DNA of 64,000 nucleotides from Candidatus Saccharimonadales bacterium (GCA_040903985.1 JBBDUI010000002.1:198038-262037), one strand, 5' to 3'; shown: positions 29,723-40,129, counted from the stretch's first letter. Notes: generated by a model from the letters alone, not told the origin. Translations and numbers: made by a program.

Positions 29723-30485
29723 AACTCACTCCTCACTGGCCCATACTTTTTCAAGTAGTTATCTAGGCCCATTATTTAATTATACCTCATGTGTCGCTTG
29801 TGTTTATTATTAACATAACTATGATTTGTTGTCAAGCTTATGGTAGAGAGTATAATTATACTAATTGTGCGACCTATAGCTAATCCCGCTTCATCTAGTT
29901 GGATAGGAGCTACAACCAGCTGGAAAAATAGACCCTTATTGTACCCAGGCAACACAAGAGAACTAAGACATAAGCCAGGTATCCGGGCCCTCTAAAGCAA
30001 ACACTTCTACCTGCATCTACCTAGTGGAAACTAATTACTTAGACTAGCTTTTCTTACTAAGTAACTTTAACCGATGTATATAGCTGCTCTCCCCAGTCTA
30101 ATTAATAGTCTCTCAAAAAGCAGAGATATTAGCAGTAGAATGGCTAGGTCTACATCATTAGTGATAGCTCAGTAGTTTATCCTCAACCACTCTAATCTAA
30201 CTGATCGAGTCAGCCATATTGATCACCCCTAGCTTATACCTTCAAATTTTTAATAATTAAAGTGTTGTTATTGCATACATTGTAAAAAATACATTAAATA
30301 AATAGTAGTAGATAACTCTACGTTTATCCTTACCACGGAGTTTATTCTCATTGCCACTGAATCTATCGCTCTCACTGCCGGCAGTGAGAGCGATAGGGCT
30401 AAATCATTCAAACTCTACTACTGTGCATATATTAAGTAGCTCTTCTTTACCAATAATGTAGCCTACTAAATAAGTGTCTTACTAA

Positions 30486-30515
30486 AAGAAAAACCCTGGG
30501 TGTTAAACCCAGGGT
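30486..30515 (-). terminator. intrinsic terminator at the end of the rRNA operon (after 5S)
   Basis: On the minus strand ACCCTGGGTTTAACACCCAGGGTTTTTCTTTT is a GC-rich hairpin followed by a U-run, directly downstream of 5S. Confidence 0.8.
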
Positions 30516-30519
30516 CAAT

Positions 30520-30635
<116 letters not shown>

Positions 30636-31029
30636 AATGTTGTTACAAAGACAGCACTAACATCGGTGCCTGAACTTGCAGGCCGAAAATAGCTGTAGTA
30701 ATTACTAATTAAGTTGGACGTGAATCAAAACACAAAAGACGTTGACCTATTAGTACACCTCGGCTAAACACGTTGCCGTGCGTACACCTAGTGCCTATCA
30801 AACAGGTGGTCTACCTGTGGTCTCAAACGAAACCTAGTCTTGTGGGGGGCTTCGTGCTTATATGCTTTCAGCACTTATCCCTGCCGAACGTAGCTACCCG
30901 ACACTGCCGCTGGCGCGACAATCGGTACACCAGAGGTTCGTTCACTCCGGTCCTCTCGTACTAGGAGTGACTCCGCTCAAGTTTCATCGCCCACACCGGA
31001 TATAAACCGAACTGTCTCACGACGTTCTA

Positions 31030-31078
<49 letters not shown>

Positions 31079-31088
31079 GATGCTCCTC

Positions 31089-31125
<37 letters not shown>

Positions 31126-31157
31126 AGCGCCGTCTATGTGGACTATTGGGCGCGATA

Positions 31158-31192
<35 letters not shown>

Positions 31193-31833
31193 GCGCTGCC
31201 GATACCACATTCATGTGTGTACCACGAAGGTACTAAAAACAGCGGATCACTAACTCCGACTTTCGTCCCTGTTCGGCTTGTATGCCTCACAGTCAAGCTG
31301 GCTTATGCGTTTGCACTATCATCTCGATTTCCATCCGAGACTAGCCAACCTTTGAACGCCTCCGTTACTCTTTAGGAGGCAACCGCCCCAGTTAAACTAC
31401 CCACCAGACACTGTCTCTCAGCCAGAAGCTAAGAACGATCTAATGTAAGTAATTACTAGTTTGTTGAAGTTAGGACATTTTACTCCGTATGTGTTGCTGT
31501 TTCTACATCAAAAATGTCACTAAATTCATAGTAATCACTTGATCATTCTCACCTTGTGGCTGAGATTAGAACAAAGATACACTGAGGGTGGTATTTCACT
31601 GGTGACTCCGCTCAAGCTAGCGCCTGAGCTTCAAAGTCTCCCACCTATACTGCACAAAGTGTACCCCAATCCAATGTCAAGCTGTAGTAAAGCTCCACGG
31701 GGTCTTTTCGTCCTGGTGTGGGTAGCCGGCATCTTTACCGGCAATGCAAATTCGCCGAGTCCTTCGTTGAGACAGTATTCAAATCGTTGCGCCATTCGTG
31801 CGGGTCAGAACTTACCTGACAAGGAATTTCGCT

Positions 31834-32607
31834 CAAATCTTAAGTTATATTTACTTTAGATACGCATGTTTTCTAGTGGCACGATTTCTCGCCACACCCT
31901 ATATCGCTATAGGGATCGGACTATATCTTCTCCATCTGGAGTCCGGCGTATAGTCTCTGAGGGTTCTAGTTCCGTATTTTTCGCCGATTCGTATTCGCCG
32001 CTAGTCGTCGTATCTGAACGAGACCCTCTATACTCAGATGTTCCTTTCTAGCTATCATTGCTATTACTTCACAGAAGATAATAAAATCTTGCTGTTTAGC
32101 AGTTTGTAATGGATAGACTTCAAAGAATGGAATTATCCTTTCCTGAATATCTCTAATAGATCTGACGCAGTAGCGATACAGTGGCTCACGATGGTTATCG
32201 TATCTCGTATTGACGTATATATTACCACAGCCAAAGAAAGATTGAATACTTTCTAAGACCGACAGGCTCTTAGCGCCTTGGGTTACTACAAACTCTGGAA
32301 ATACTGGATATCCAGAAAGAGTAGTAGCGTTTTTAAATACGCTGACTGCAAAACAGCCCTCCCCATCAACGAAACCGTTTATCCACCACGGATCTAGCCT
32401 TCCCTGCTGATTGTCCGCACCTGTCGCATTATTAGTTACCATATATTCAGTATACCGAACAGTATACGAACATACAATTACTAGCGCAGGATACTACAGT
32501 CCTTTTAGGACACGGGGTTTCCAGCATATAGCCAGATTTTCTTCTCGAAACCTCACACGAGAGGAAAAACGAGAAGAGGGTCATTCACCCTACTAAGGCA
32601 GCATTCT
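31834..32607 (-). mobile_element. group I-type intron in 23S rRNA (insertion between exon sequences ...GAATTTCGCT and ACCTTAGGACGG..., near E. coli position 1917), carrying a homing endonuclease ORF
   Basis: Conserved 23S exon sequence is contiguous except for about 775 nt inserted at a classical intron site. The insert encodes a LAGLIDADG protein in the rRNA sense orientation. The boundaries are ambiguous by about 2 nt. Confidence 0.8.
31966..32442 (-). CDS. LAGLIDADG homing endonuclease (single-motif, I-CreI-like size, 158 aa)
   Basis: ...LDPWWINGFVDGEGCFAVSV... is the LAGLIDADG motif. The ORF is embedded in the intron on the rRNA strand. Confidence 0.85.
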   Translation of the reverse strand: MVTNNATGADNQQGRLDPWWINGFVDGEGCFAVSVFKNATTLSGYPVFPEFVVTQGAKSLSVLESIQSFFGCGNIYVNTRYDNHREPLYRYCVRSIRDIQERIIPFFEVYPLQTAKQQDFIIFCEVIAMIARKEHLSIEGLVQIRRLAANTNRRKIRN

Positions 32608-34158
32608 ACCTTAGGACGGTTATAGTTACCGCCGCCGTTTACTGGGGCTTCAGTTCAGAGCTTGCACTCGTTCCCTTAACCTTCCAGCACTGGGCAGGCG
32701 TCAGCCCGTATACATCCACTTTCGTGTTAGCACGGACCTGTGTTTTTAGTAAACAGTCGCTTGAGTTCTTTTACTGCGGCCCTACACCCTAAAAGGGTGC
32801 GGGGCAGGCCTTATCCCGAAGTTACGGCCGTTATTTTGCCGAGTTCCTTAACGAAGGTTCTCTCGTACACCTTGGTCTACTCGACCTGAGCACCTGTGTT
32901 GGTTTGCGGTACGGTTAGCTATGTTTATACGTATCGCGTCTTTTCCGGTCGGTTTGGCTTGCGCAACTCTCCCGTAATCGGGATCGCATTCGTGCTTCAC
33001 CTCCACAAAAGTGGAAACTAGACACTTAGACAGTTATAGCCAAAAAACTGCTTGCGCTACCATACCGCACAACGCGATACAACAACATCACTAGTACGGG
33101 AATATTAACCCGTTGTCCATCGCCTACGCACTACGCCTGGGCTTAGGACCGACTAACCCTGAGATGATTACCATGGCTCAGGAAACCTTGCTCTTTCGGT
33201 GGAAAAGATTCTCACTTTTCTTATGGCTACTAATTCCAGCATTCTCACTTCCTTGCGCTCCAGCTGGCCTTCCGGCTCACCTTCAACGCTGCAAGGAACG
33301 CTCCTCTACCACTCCAGTATGAGACAAAACCTACGGTTTCATCTCAAGTTCACTTACGTTCACTGCTCTTTTTCCCTGATAGTGTATTTCACTTCGAATT
33401 TATGCGAAAATTATTCGTTCATATCTTAATCAGAAATCAATAAGCACAACTATAAGCTTAGTCTCATACTAGAGTCCGCGATTTCGGTACCAAACTTAGC
33501 CCCGTTACATTTTCCGCGCAGAATCACAATCGATTAGTGAGCTGTTACGCACTCTTTAAATGAATGGCTGCTTCTAAGCCAACATCCTAATTGTCTTTGC
33601 GACTCTACCTCGTTTCCCACTTAGTTTGGATTTAGGGACCTTAATCGGCGGTCTGGGCTGTTTCCCTTTCGAGCGCGGAGCTTAGCCCCCGCGTTCTAAC
33701 TGCTGTGCTTCCACGATCGGTATTCGTAGTTTGACAGGGATGGATACGGTTGCCCGCTCCAGACCCAATCAGAGCTCTACCTCCAACTGCTACCACACAA
33801 CGCTAGCCCTAAAGCTATTTCGAGGAGAACCAGCTATCTCCAGGTTCGATTAGCATTTCACCGCTATCCACAGGTCATCCAAACACGTTGCATTGTGTCC
33901 TGGTGCGGCCCTCCACGAACTGTTACGTCCGCTTCAGCCTGCCCATGGATAGGTCACCTGGTTTCGGGTCTACTTCATAAAACTAATTTCGCCCTATTAA
34001 GGCTCGCTTTCACTACGCCTACTCCGCTTATGCGGATTAAGCTAGCTTTATAAAGTAACTCGCTGGATCGTTCTACAAAAAGCACGCCGTCACCCCGATA
34101 AATCGGAGCTCCGACTCCTTGTAGGCACACAGTTTCAGGTCTATTTCACTCCCCTTAC

Positions 34159-34201
<43 letters not shown>

Positions 34202-34980
34202 ATCATACATCATATTTAGTCTTGGAAGGTGGACCTCCCAGATTCAGTCAGAGTTTCACGTGTTCCGACCTACTCGAGATAAAAAACATAAGGTTGCTAC
34301 GTTTTCGGATACGAGGCTTTCACTCTCTTTGGCAGTCCTTTCCAGAACTTTCTCCTAACCCAGCAATTTGTAACCTTACAGATCTATGACAGTCGATCTT
34401 CATCTCGATATCATCTCTAGCGATAACTATTTATCAACCAGAGATGATATCGAGAGTCGTCTAATATCTCACAACCCGATACAAGTATTCGCCTGTCAGC
34501 TTATTCGTGTAAGTTAATACTCGAAAACTTATATCGTTTAGACTGTTTCCCTTTCGCTCGCCACTACTGAGGAAATCGCATATGCTTTCTATTCCACCGG
34601 GTACTAAGATGTTTCAGTTCCCCAGGTTCCCTCGCACTATCCTATATATTCAGATAGCGGTGACTCTGTATTACCAGAGCCGGGTTTCCCCATTCGGACA
34701 CCCCCGGATTATAGCTCGTTTGGCAGCTCCCCGAGGCTTATCGCAGCCTACTACGTCCTTCGTCGGTGAATGTATGTCAAGGCATCCGCTGTGCGCCCTT
34801 TCTCGTCTTTTGCATTACCAAGAACTGTTGAAGTTCTTGGATTTCACACCAACTTAATTAGCAAATAGTACAGCTATTTGCTAAATGTTTGTTAACGTTC
34901 TAAGCTCCCTAAAAATGCAAAGCCTAAATGACTGCTGACCCCTATAATCGGCAATCACTTAAGCTCATAGCGCAAGCTGG

Positions 34981-35010
34981 ATTGTATCACAGGAAAATAA
35001 CGCCTGTAAA
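34981..35010 (-). promoter_or_regulatory. candidate sigma70-type promoter for 23S-5S transcription
   Basis: On the minus strand: TTTACA, an 18-nt spacer, then TACAAT. This sits about 150 nt upstream of the 23S 5' end and immediately downstream of the NOX-like gene stop. Confidence 0.5.
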
Positions 35011-35077
35011 TACCTCTGATACTTTGGTTTTTATCTTTCCCCTCATTATAGAGTGGATAGCCCTAGCCGTCCAGTAG

Positions 35078-36394
35078 CTAGAAAGAGAACTCTTCGTAGT
35101 GCAGACGATCCTCGTCGATTCCAGCAGCAACGAACTGCTTACGCAGACCGTTTAACATCGGTGGTGGACCACAGATAAAGATAGCGGCGGCCTGGATGTC
35201 CGCTCGCTGCTGTAGCAACTCTAAATTCATGAATCCCTCCCGCTCCTCACAGATGTGGTGCATTCGAAAGCCGGCATGGCGCTTAGCCACTGCGGTTAGC
35301 TCCGTATGAAATAAGGCGTCGGTGTCTGACTTAGTACAGTAGAAGAAGTCGATATCGTACCGCAGCTTATCCGGAAAACTCCGCACCATACTGAGGAACG
35401 GCGTGATACCGATGCCACCGGCGATCCAGATCTGACGACGACTAGTTGAGTTGAGATAACTAAAATTGCCATATGGGCCGTCGACAATAGCTCGGACGCC
35501 AGGATGCACCTCCCCGATCTTAGCCGTGTAATCCCCCAAATTTTTAACGACGAAGCCAAGCTGACGATCGTGACGGCTCGAGCTAAAGGAGAACGGATGC
35601 GCCTCTCGTTGTACCGCAGCATCCCGCATACTCAAGTAGCCGAACTGACCCGGTCGAAAACTGACCGGATGCCAGCTCGGCTGCAGAATAATCTCAGTGA
35701 TGTCTTCCCCCAGATGGTTAACCGCCTCTACCCGGTAAGGGTACTTTTTAGTTAACCATTCTCCCAGAACCGAATGATACAGATAACTGAGAGCACCGAT
35801 GAATGTCACGATCAGCATATACCGCCGTAAAGCCGGGTTATCCAGAAGATGACCGCTAGCTAGGAAGGTGTGCAGGGCGGCCGGTACCAACAACAGCCCC
35901 AGTAAACGGTGAACCGTCAAAAAGGTTTGATATGGTAGTTTATACAACACTGTCGCTGTTAAGAGAGCGGCCATGCCCAAGAAAGCGATTACTCCCCATG
36001 TAACCACCGCGTCGACCCCCGGTACCCACATTCGCAGTGCTCCCAGTGGAGCGCTCATAGCGATAGCCGCTGTGATCGCTACAGCGTGTACGGCAATGGC
36101 GATAAAGCTATAGCTACCAAAGATACGATGTGCCTTATAGGCCTTATCTAAACCAAGAAAGAGCTTATCAATCGATTTCAGTCGCGCCCCCAACACCAAC
36201 GACCACATAAAGCTAGCGAAACCGGTAAATGCCCCCACTTTAGCCACGACAGTTAAGCCATGGCGGAGAGTTGACACCTCACCGATTAGCTCGGGCAGCC
36301 TAAGCCACAGGTAAAGCGGTATGATAAGGGCGACGCTCAGACTGACACTCCAGCCCAGGCTACGTCGCAATCGATTCCGTATATCTTCTCTCAT
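35078..36394 (-). CDS. ferric reductase/NADPH-oxidase-like (NOX/FRE family) flavocytochrome: 6-TM ferric-reductase domain fused to FAD- and NAD(P)H-binding domains
   Basis: His-containing TM helices, an FAD-binding HPFSFSS motif, NADPH-binding GGIGITPF, and CGPPPM. Confidence 0.7.
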   Translation of the reverse strand: MREDIRNRLRRSLGWSVSLSVALIIPLYLWLRLPELIGEVSTLRHGLTVVAKVGAFTGFASFMWSLVLGARLKSIDKLFLGLDKAYKAHRIFGSYSFIAIAVHAVAITAAIAMSAPLGALRMWVPGVDAVVTWGVIAFLGMAALLTATVLYKLPYQTFLTVHRLLGLLLVPAALHTFLASGHLLDNPALRRYMLIVTFIGALSYLYHSVLGEWLTKKYPYRVEAVNHLGEDITEIILQPSWHPVSFRPGQFGYLSMRDAAVQREAHPFSFSSSRHDRQLGFVVKNLGDYTAKIGEVHPGVRAIVDGPYGNFSYLNSTSRRQIWIAGGIGITPFLSMVRSFPDKLRYDIDFFYCTKSDTDALFHTELTAVAKRHAGFRMHHICEEREGFMNLELLQQRADIQAAAIFICGPPPMLNGLRKQFVAAGIDEDRLHYEEFSF

Positions 36395-36415
36395 TAAGCT
36401 GTATTATGGCATATC

Positions 36416-36445
36416 ATAACGCCTGTCGCTAGCGACAGGCGTTAT
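36416..36445. terminator. perfect palindromic hairpin (CATAACGCCTGTCGC-TAGC-GACAGGCGTTATG) between convergent or adjacent genes, probably a terminator
   Basis: 14-bp perfect arms located between the 36473 stop and the 36394 start. Confidence 0.5.
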
Positions 36446-36472
36446 GATGCTTTGACCGAATCCAAACTGATA

Positions 36473-37327
36473 CTAGGCGGGACCGGTAGTTGGCAGCTGC
36501 TCTGGACCGGTGGTTGGAATCGCTTCCGGTTCAGGCTCTGGTTCTGGCACCGGCTCAGGCTCGGGCTCGGGTTCCGGTTCAGGCTGAGCTGCGACTATTA
36601 CTAGCTCGCTAGAGCTATCGTTTTGCCCCTGCAGCACTCCGTTATCGGCTGTGGCCGTCACATTATACGTGCCGGCTGCCAGTTCCTGCGTTATCTCTAC
36701 GGACCATGTACCATCAACCGCTAATTCGGCTTCATACTCTTCGCCATCTACCAAAACTGTCACAGTAGCCTCTGGGTCATCTACTGTACCGGTTACTGTC
36801 GGAGTAGCATCCTCAGTCTCAATCCCGTCAACCTCTACCTCGATCACCTCTGGCTCTGAGTCTGGAGTGGCTACCGGCTCTTGGACAGTCGGCCCCTCTG
36901 AGCTAGCATCACTCCAAAAGAAGTACCAGCCCGCACCGCCCAACGCTACTAATAAGATAAGAGCACTAAGCGCAATTAAGATCCACTTGTGCGACTGAGA
37001 TGGCTGCTCCATATAAGCACCCGTATTATTAGCTCCAGTTTGGAGTGGAAAGCTCGAGGACTGAGATTGATCTAGGCGGGATGAAACGTCACCATTAGCA
37101 GATGAGGCGCCATATGCTGCCGGGTCACCCATGGTTTGATCTGTGCTTGACTCGGCAAAGCGATCTGGACCAGCTAAATTAACTTCGGCTGGATTAGCCG
37201 CCGGAAGTGGGCTGGTGTCAAAGCTGGTATCGACCGGTGGTGTTACTCCTGGAGACGGGGGCGACGTATTAGGAACATCCGGGGTGGCTGCTGCTGGTTG
37301 TGGCAAATCTGGTTTTTCTTCTGGCAT
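36473..37327 (-). CDS. membrane-anchored low-complexity protein: Pro-rich N-terminus, single TM, Ig-like/acidic domain, (PE)n repeat, C-terminus ...LPTTGPA
   Basis: TM segment WILIALSALILLVALGGAGWYFFW, PEPEPEPEPEPVPEPEPEPE, and a terminal LPTTG with no following hydrophobic tail. Confidence 0.5.
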   Translation of the reverse strand: MPEEKPDLPQPAAATPDVPNTSPPSPGVTPPVDTSFDTSPLPAANPAEVNLAGPDRFAESSTDQTMGDPAAYGASSANGDVSSRLDQSQSSSFPLQTGANNTGAYMEQPSQSHKWILIALSALILLVALGGAGWYFFWSDASSEGPTVQEPVATPDSEPEVIEVEVDGIETEDATPTVTGTVDDPEATVTVLVDGEEYEAELAVDGTWSVEITQELAAGTYNVTATADNGVLQGQNDSSSELVIVAAQPEPEPEPEPEPVPEPEPEPEAIPTTGPEQLPTTGPA

Positions 37328-37472
37328 ATTGAACTCTTTTTATATTATTAGTTTTTATTTCTAACTTCTATACTTACGTTCAACTATATACGTAAGCGGA
37401 TTGCCTTGTCAAGCTCTAGGTCGCTATCGCCACGAGTTGGCGACATTTTTTGTTTTGTGGGACAATAACAGC

Positions 37473-38015
37473 ATGAGAAAGCTAACCACCTACTTCATTA
37501 AAGGGCTGCTCTTCCTTCTGCCGATCTTACTGGTTATTACCCTAGTGCGAGAACTGTTCTCCATCGTCTTGCCTACAGGGGTGGGATTCATAAGCGGCGT
37601 AACTACTCTCGGCATAGCTATCCTAATTACTACTCTCGTCGGAGCTGTAATAACTGGCGGACTTCAGCCTTACTTTAAACGCAGAGCTCTCCGTGGCCTG
37701 GGCAAGTTCCCCTTTCTGAACCAGATATTTACCTCAATGAAACGGTTTGTACTAATCCTCAACTTCTCCCGGGAAATATTTGAAAACCCGGTTATAGTAA
37801 CCCGCGAGGAAGGTCGTGAGATAAAATTCGGCTTTGTAACTCGCTCAGGTCTGGAGCAGTTTGGTCTCAGCCAGCACTCTAGTGTCTATCTGCCCGATCC
37901 ATTCTCCTTCTTAGGCGAGATGGTAGTGGTAGCTAACAAAGACTTGAGGCCAGTAGAAGGGAAACGATCAGAGGTATCGAACTTCATCTTATCCGGGGGA
38001 CTAGTACAGAAATAA
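37473..38015 (+). CDS. DUF502-family membrane protein
   Basis: About 180 aa from the internal Met (MRKLTTYFIKGLLFLLPILLVITLV...), with two N-terminal TM segments and a conserved C-terminal domain typical of COG2928/DUF502. Confidence 0.55.
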   Translation: MRKLTTYFIKGLLFLLPILLVITLVRELFSIVLPTGVGFISGVTTLGIAILITTLVGAVITGGLQPYFKRRALRGLGKFPFLNQIFTSMKRFVLILNFSREIFENPVIVTREEGREIKFGFVTRSGLEQFGLSQHSSVYLPDPFSFLGEMVVVANKDLRPVEGKRSEVSNFILSGGLVQK

Positions 38016-38110
38016 AGACGCATTTGCGCCTGCACCATACAGATGCGCCCGAGGAGTAGGGCTTCGAAGGTCTACCGCCTGGGTCTGATCTGGTCGGTTC
38101 TCAAGTATAT

Positions 38111-38162
38111 TCTCCACCAAGAAAAGAGTCCGGCTGACGCCGAGACTCTTTTCTTGGTGGAG
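38111..38162. repeat. 20-bp perfect inverted repeat (TCTCCACCAAGAAAAGAGTC ... GACTCTTTTCTTGGTGGAGA) overlapping the 3' CCA end of tRNA-Ala
   Basis: It can form a long hairpin incorporating the tRNA 3' terminus. This may be a processing or termination element. Confidence 0.6.
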
Positions 38163-38231
38163 ATGGAGGGACTCGAACCCTCGACCCCCTGCTTGCAAAG
38201 CAGGTGCTCTAGCCAACTGAGCTACATCCCC
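38155..38231 (-). tRNA. tRNA-Ala (anticodon TGC), CCA encoded
   Basis: Sense sequence GGGGATGTAGCTCAGTTGGCTAGAGCACCTGCTTTGCAAGCAGGGGGTCGAGGGTTCGAGTCCCTCCATCTCCACCA gives a cloverleaf with a CTTTGCAAG anticodon loop. Confidence 0.92.
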
Positions 38232-38304
38232 ATGCTTGAGTAATTTTAAAGGTATGGCTACCCCTAAGCACGTACCAGAGTATACAATAAATATAATCGT
38301 AAAA

Positions 38305-38541
38305 CTATATTCTCGGCTCTAGCTTTTCCCAGAAAGCCTCGGCCCGTACTTGATAGCCGCGACTATTAGGATGAAACCAATCAGCTGCATAATCAAGCAG
38401 GGGGTTAAGCTTGCCCCTAGTCGCCTCATATAGCGGAACGAAGACCAGGCCATTTTCAGCGGCAGCAAGTCTTATTATCCGGCTAGCTGATTCTGCCTTC
38501 TGATTAGTCTTACTGCTGCCGAAGCTAGGCACACCAGCCAT
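38305..38541 (-). CDS. short ORF resembling the C-terminal block of an SGNH/GDSL hydrolase (DxxH motif); possible gene fragment
   Basis: ...DYAADWFHPNSRGYQVRAEAFW... resembles SGNH block V. It is only 78 aa long. Confidence 0.35.
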   Translation of the reverse strand: MAGVPSFGSSKTNQKAESASRIIRLAAAENGLVFVPLYEATRGKLNPLLDYAADWFHPNSRGYQVRAEAFWEKLEPRI

Positions 38542-38801
38542 TACAAGATGTCGCTGGCAAGCGTCGACTGGCCGTCGCCCTTGATCGCCGCCTTGAGTTC
38601 GTCCAGTGTCGTGGCGGCCTCGACGGCGGCGAGGAGCTCAGCTCGTGGGTCTGGTCGCGTGGCGATCGCCTCGTCATAGGCAGCCTGCAACGTAGTTTCG
38701 TCCGGCTCGTCGCCGTGGACGGTCAACGTCTCACCTACCTTTGTGTAGGCGATGCCGAGATGGGCTAGGGCGCACTTGCGCTGTGTGGTGTCCAATGCCA
38801 T
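38541..38801 (-). CDS. hypothetical protein, very G+C-rich, translationally coupled to the upstream tail-fibre-like gene
   Basis: 86-aa ORF whose start overlaps the stop of the 38801-40129 gene. G+C is far above the window average. Confidence 0.45.
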   Translation of the reverse strand: MALDTTQRKCALAHLGIAYTKVGETLTVHGDEPDETTLQAAYDEAIATRPDPRAELLAAVEAATTLDELKAAIKGDGQSTLASDIL

Positions 38802-40129
38802 CAGGAACGTACCTCCGTGAGTGTCATCAGCGCCCCCGCTATGATAGATGACTCCACATTTGGTGACCCGGTCGGCCAGGGGCCGTGCTCTAGACGGTAG
38901 GTACGGGTGGCCGTCGATCCCGGTTCGTGCTCGCCTTCGAGCGCAATCGGGGAGTAGAACGTGGCCGTTTCGCTGGACGATGCAAGCAGACGGTGACCAC
39001 GACGCTCGTTGGTGACCACCTCGTCGCCAGTCGTGTCGCGGATTTGCACGACACCGTTGCGGTTAATCGAGCTACCGGACACCACCGAGTAAGTAACCTG
39101 TCCCGAAACGCGGGCGAGGATGATCGAATCGGCGTACGCTGGCATGATCGTGGCTTCGAGACCGGAGTCTTGCGGCGTGTCGGCGGTAGTGTCCGAGTCG
39201 CTACCCAAGGTCGCAGTGACGACCTGCACCACAGACGCACTACTCCCAATCGCCTGATCATGCTCGGTGATGGCTTGTTGGACATTTACGGCTGTGGTGT
39301 GTTCCAGGCCGGTCGGGTCAAACTCGATGTTGGTAGCTGGGTGGGCGTCTGCTACGGCCTCATGATTAGTGATAGCTGTAGTAGCGGTACCGGCAGGATC
39401 AGCTCCTACATCACTGGCATCCAGAGAAACAATACCGGTATCACCGTTGACAGACTGGACGGGGGCTTCGGCTGCTGTGATGAAGGTAGCGGAGTGAGCT
39501 TCATTACCATGCTCGGTTGGAGTACGGGTAGCACTGGCATCATCTAGGGTGGCATCACTAATCTTGGCGTTGAGGGCAGCTAGGGTGGTAGCACTGTGTT
39601 CGATACCACCTAGTGAGTGACCTTTCGGTACTTGGGGGTCGGCTAGTTCGCCGGAGAGGCCATCGACGTTCAGTTCATCAGTTCCGCCGGATTGGTGGGT
39701 GGTGGTGTGGTTAGCTACATCACTAGCATCTAGAGTTACTGCTCCGGTCTTAGAGTTGATGCTTAGTACGGGGGCAATAGCAGCTACCCAGGTGCTAGTG
39801 CCACTATCGTAGGTTAAGACATCTTGATCACTGGCAGTATCGGTATCGGTATCATCTAGGGCGGCTAGAGAGGAGCCGACACCTGGGAGTCCATCAACAT
39901 AGGCTTTAGTGACGGCGTCTTGAGGGGTGGTAGGGTTGGCTAGTCCGACAATCTTGTTTCCGCCTAGGGATAGCTCTCCGCCCATAGTATCGCCACTGCG
40001 GTTGAGCTTCTGAGTTAGCTCAGTACCACGTTTGAGGGAGCCATCACTAGCTAGTTCGACACTGAGGTATTCGTTGAGGATGTCTCCCCATGTTCCTTCG
40101 TCTGATCCGGGGATTGGTAGTCGTGGCAT
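38801..40129 (-). CDS. phage tail-fibre-like protein
   Basis: The N-terminus has the classical tail-fibre motif ...SGDTMGGELSLGGNKIVGLANPTTPQDAVTKAYVDG.... Repeats SINSKTGAVTLDASDV and SVNGDTGIVSLDASDVGA follow. The 3' half and the downstream ORF are much more G+C-rich than the window, which suggests a chimeric or foreign origin. Confidence 0.65.
   Translation of the reverse strand: MPRLPIPGSDEGTWGDILNEYLSVELASDGSLKRGTELTQKLNRSGDTMGGELSLGGNKIVGLANPTTPQDAVTKAYVDGLPGVGSSLAALDDTDTDTASDQDVLTYDSGTSTWVAAIAPVLSINSKTGAVTLDASDVANHTTTHQSGGTDELNVDGLSGELADPQVPKGHSLGGIEHSATTLAALNAKISDATLDDASATRTPTEHGNEAHSATFITAAEAPVQSVNGDTGIVSLDASDVGADPAGTATTAITNHEAVADAHPATNIEFDPTGLEHTTAVNVQQAITEHDQAIGSSASVVQVVTATLGSDSDTTADTPQDSGLEATIMPAYADSIILARVSGQVTYSVVSGSSINRNGVVQIRDTTGDEVVTNERRGHRLLASSSETATFYSPIALEGEHEPGSTATRTYRLEHGPWPTGSPNVESSIIAGALMTLTEVRS

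Noticed and set aside
30170-30340. DnaA-box-like 9-mers suggesting a replication origin
   Set aside because: There are only two or three weak matches with 1-2 mismatches each, no adjacent dnaA or dnaN, and GC-skew cannot be evaluated from one window. This is kept only as a low-interest note.
36500-36600. Periodic CCGGTTC/GGCTCGGG DNA repeats considered as a possible CRISPR or tandem-repeat locus
   Set aside because: They encode the (Pro-Glu)n linker of ORF 36473-37327 in frame. The period is short (6 nt) with no spacers.
38232-38304. Putative promoter for tRNA-Ala (TTTACG ... TATACT)
   Set aside because: The spacer is only about 13 nt, so this is not a credible sigma70 promoter. tRNA-Ala is more likely co-transcribed with upstream genes.
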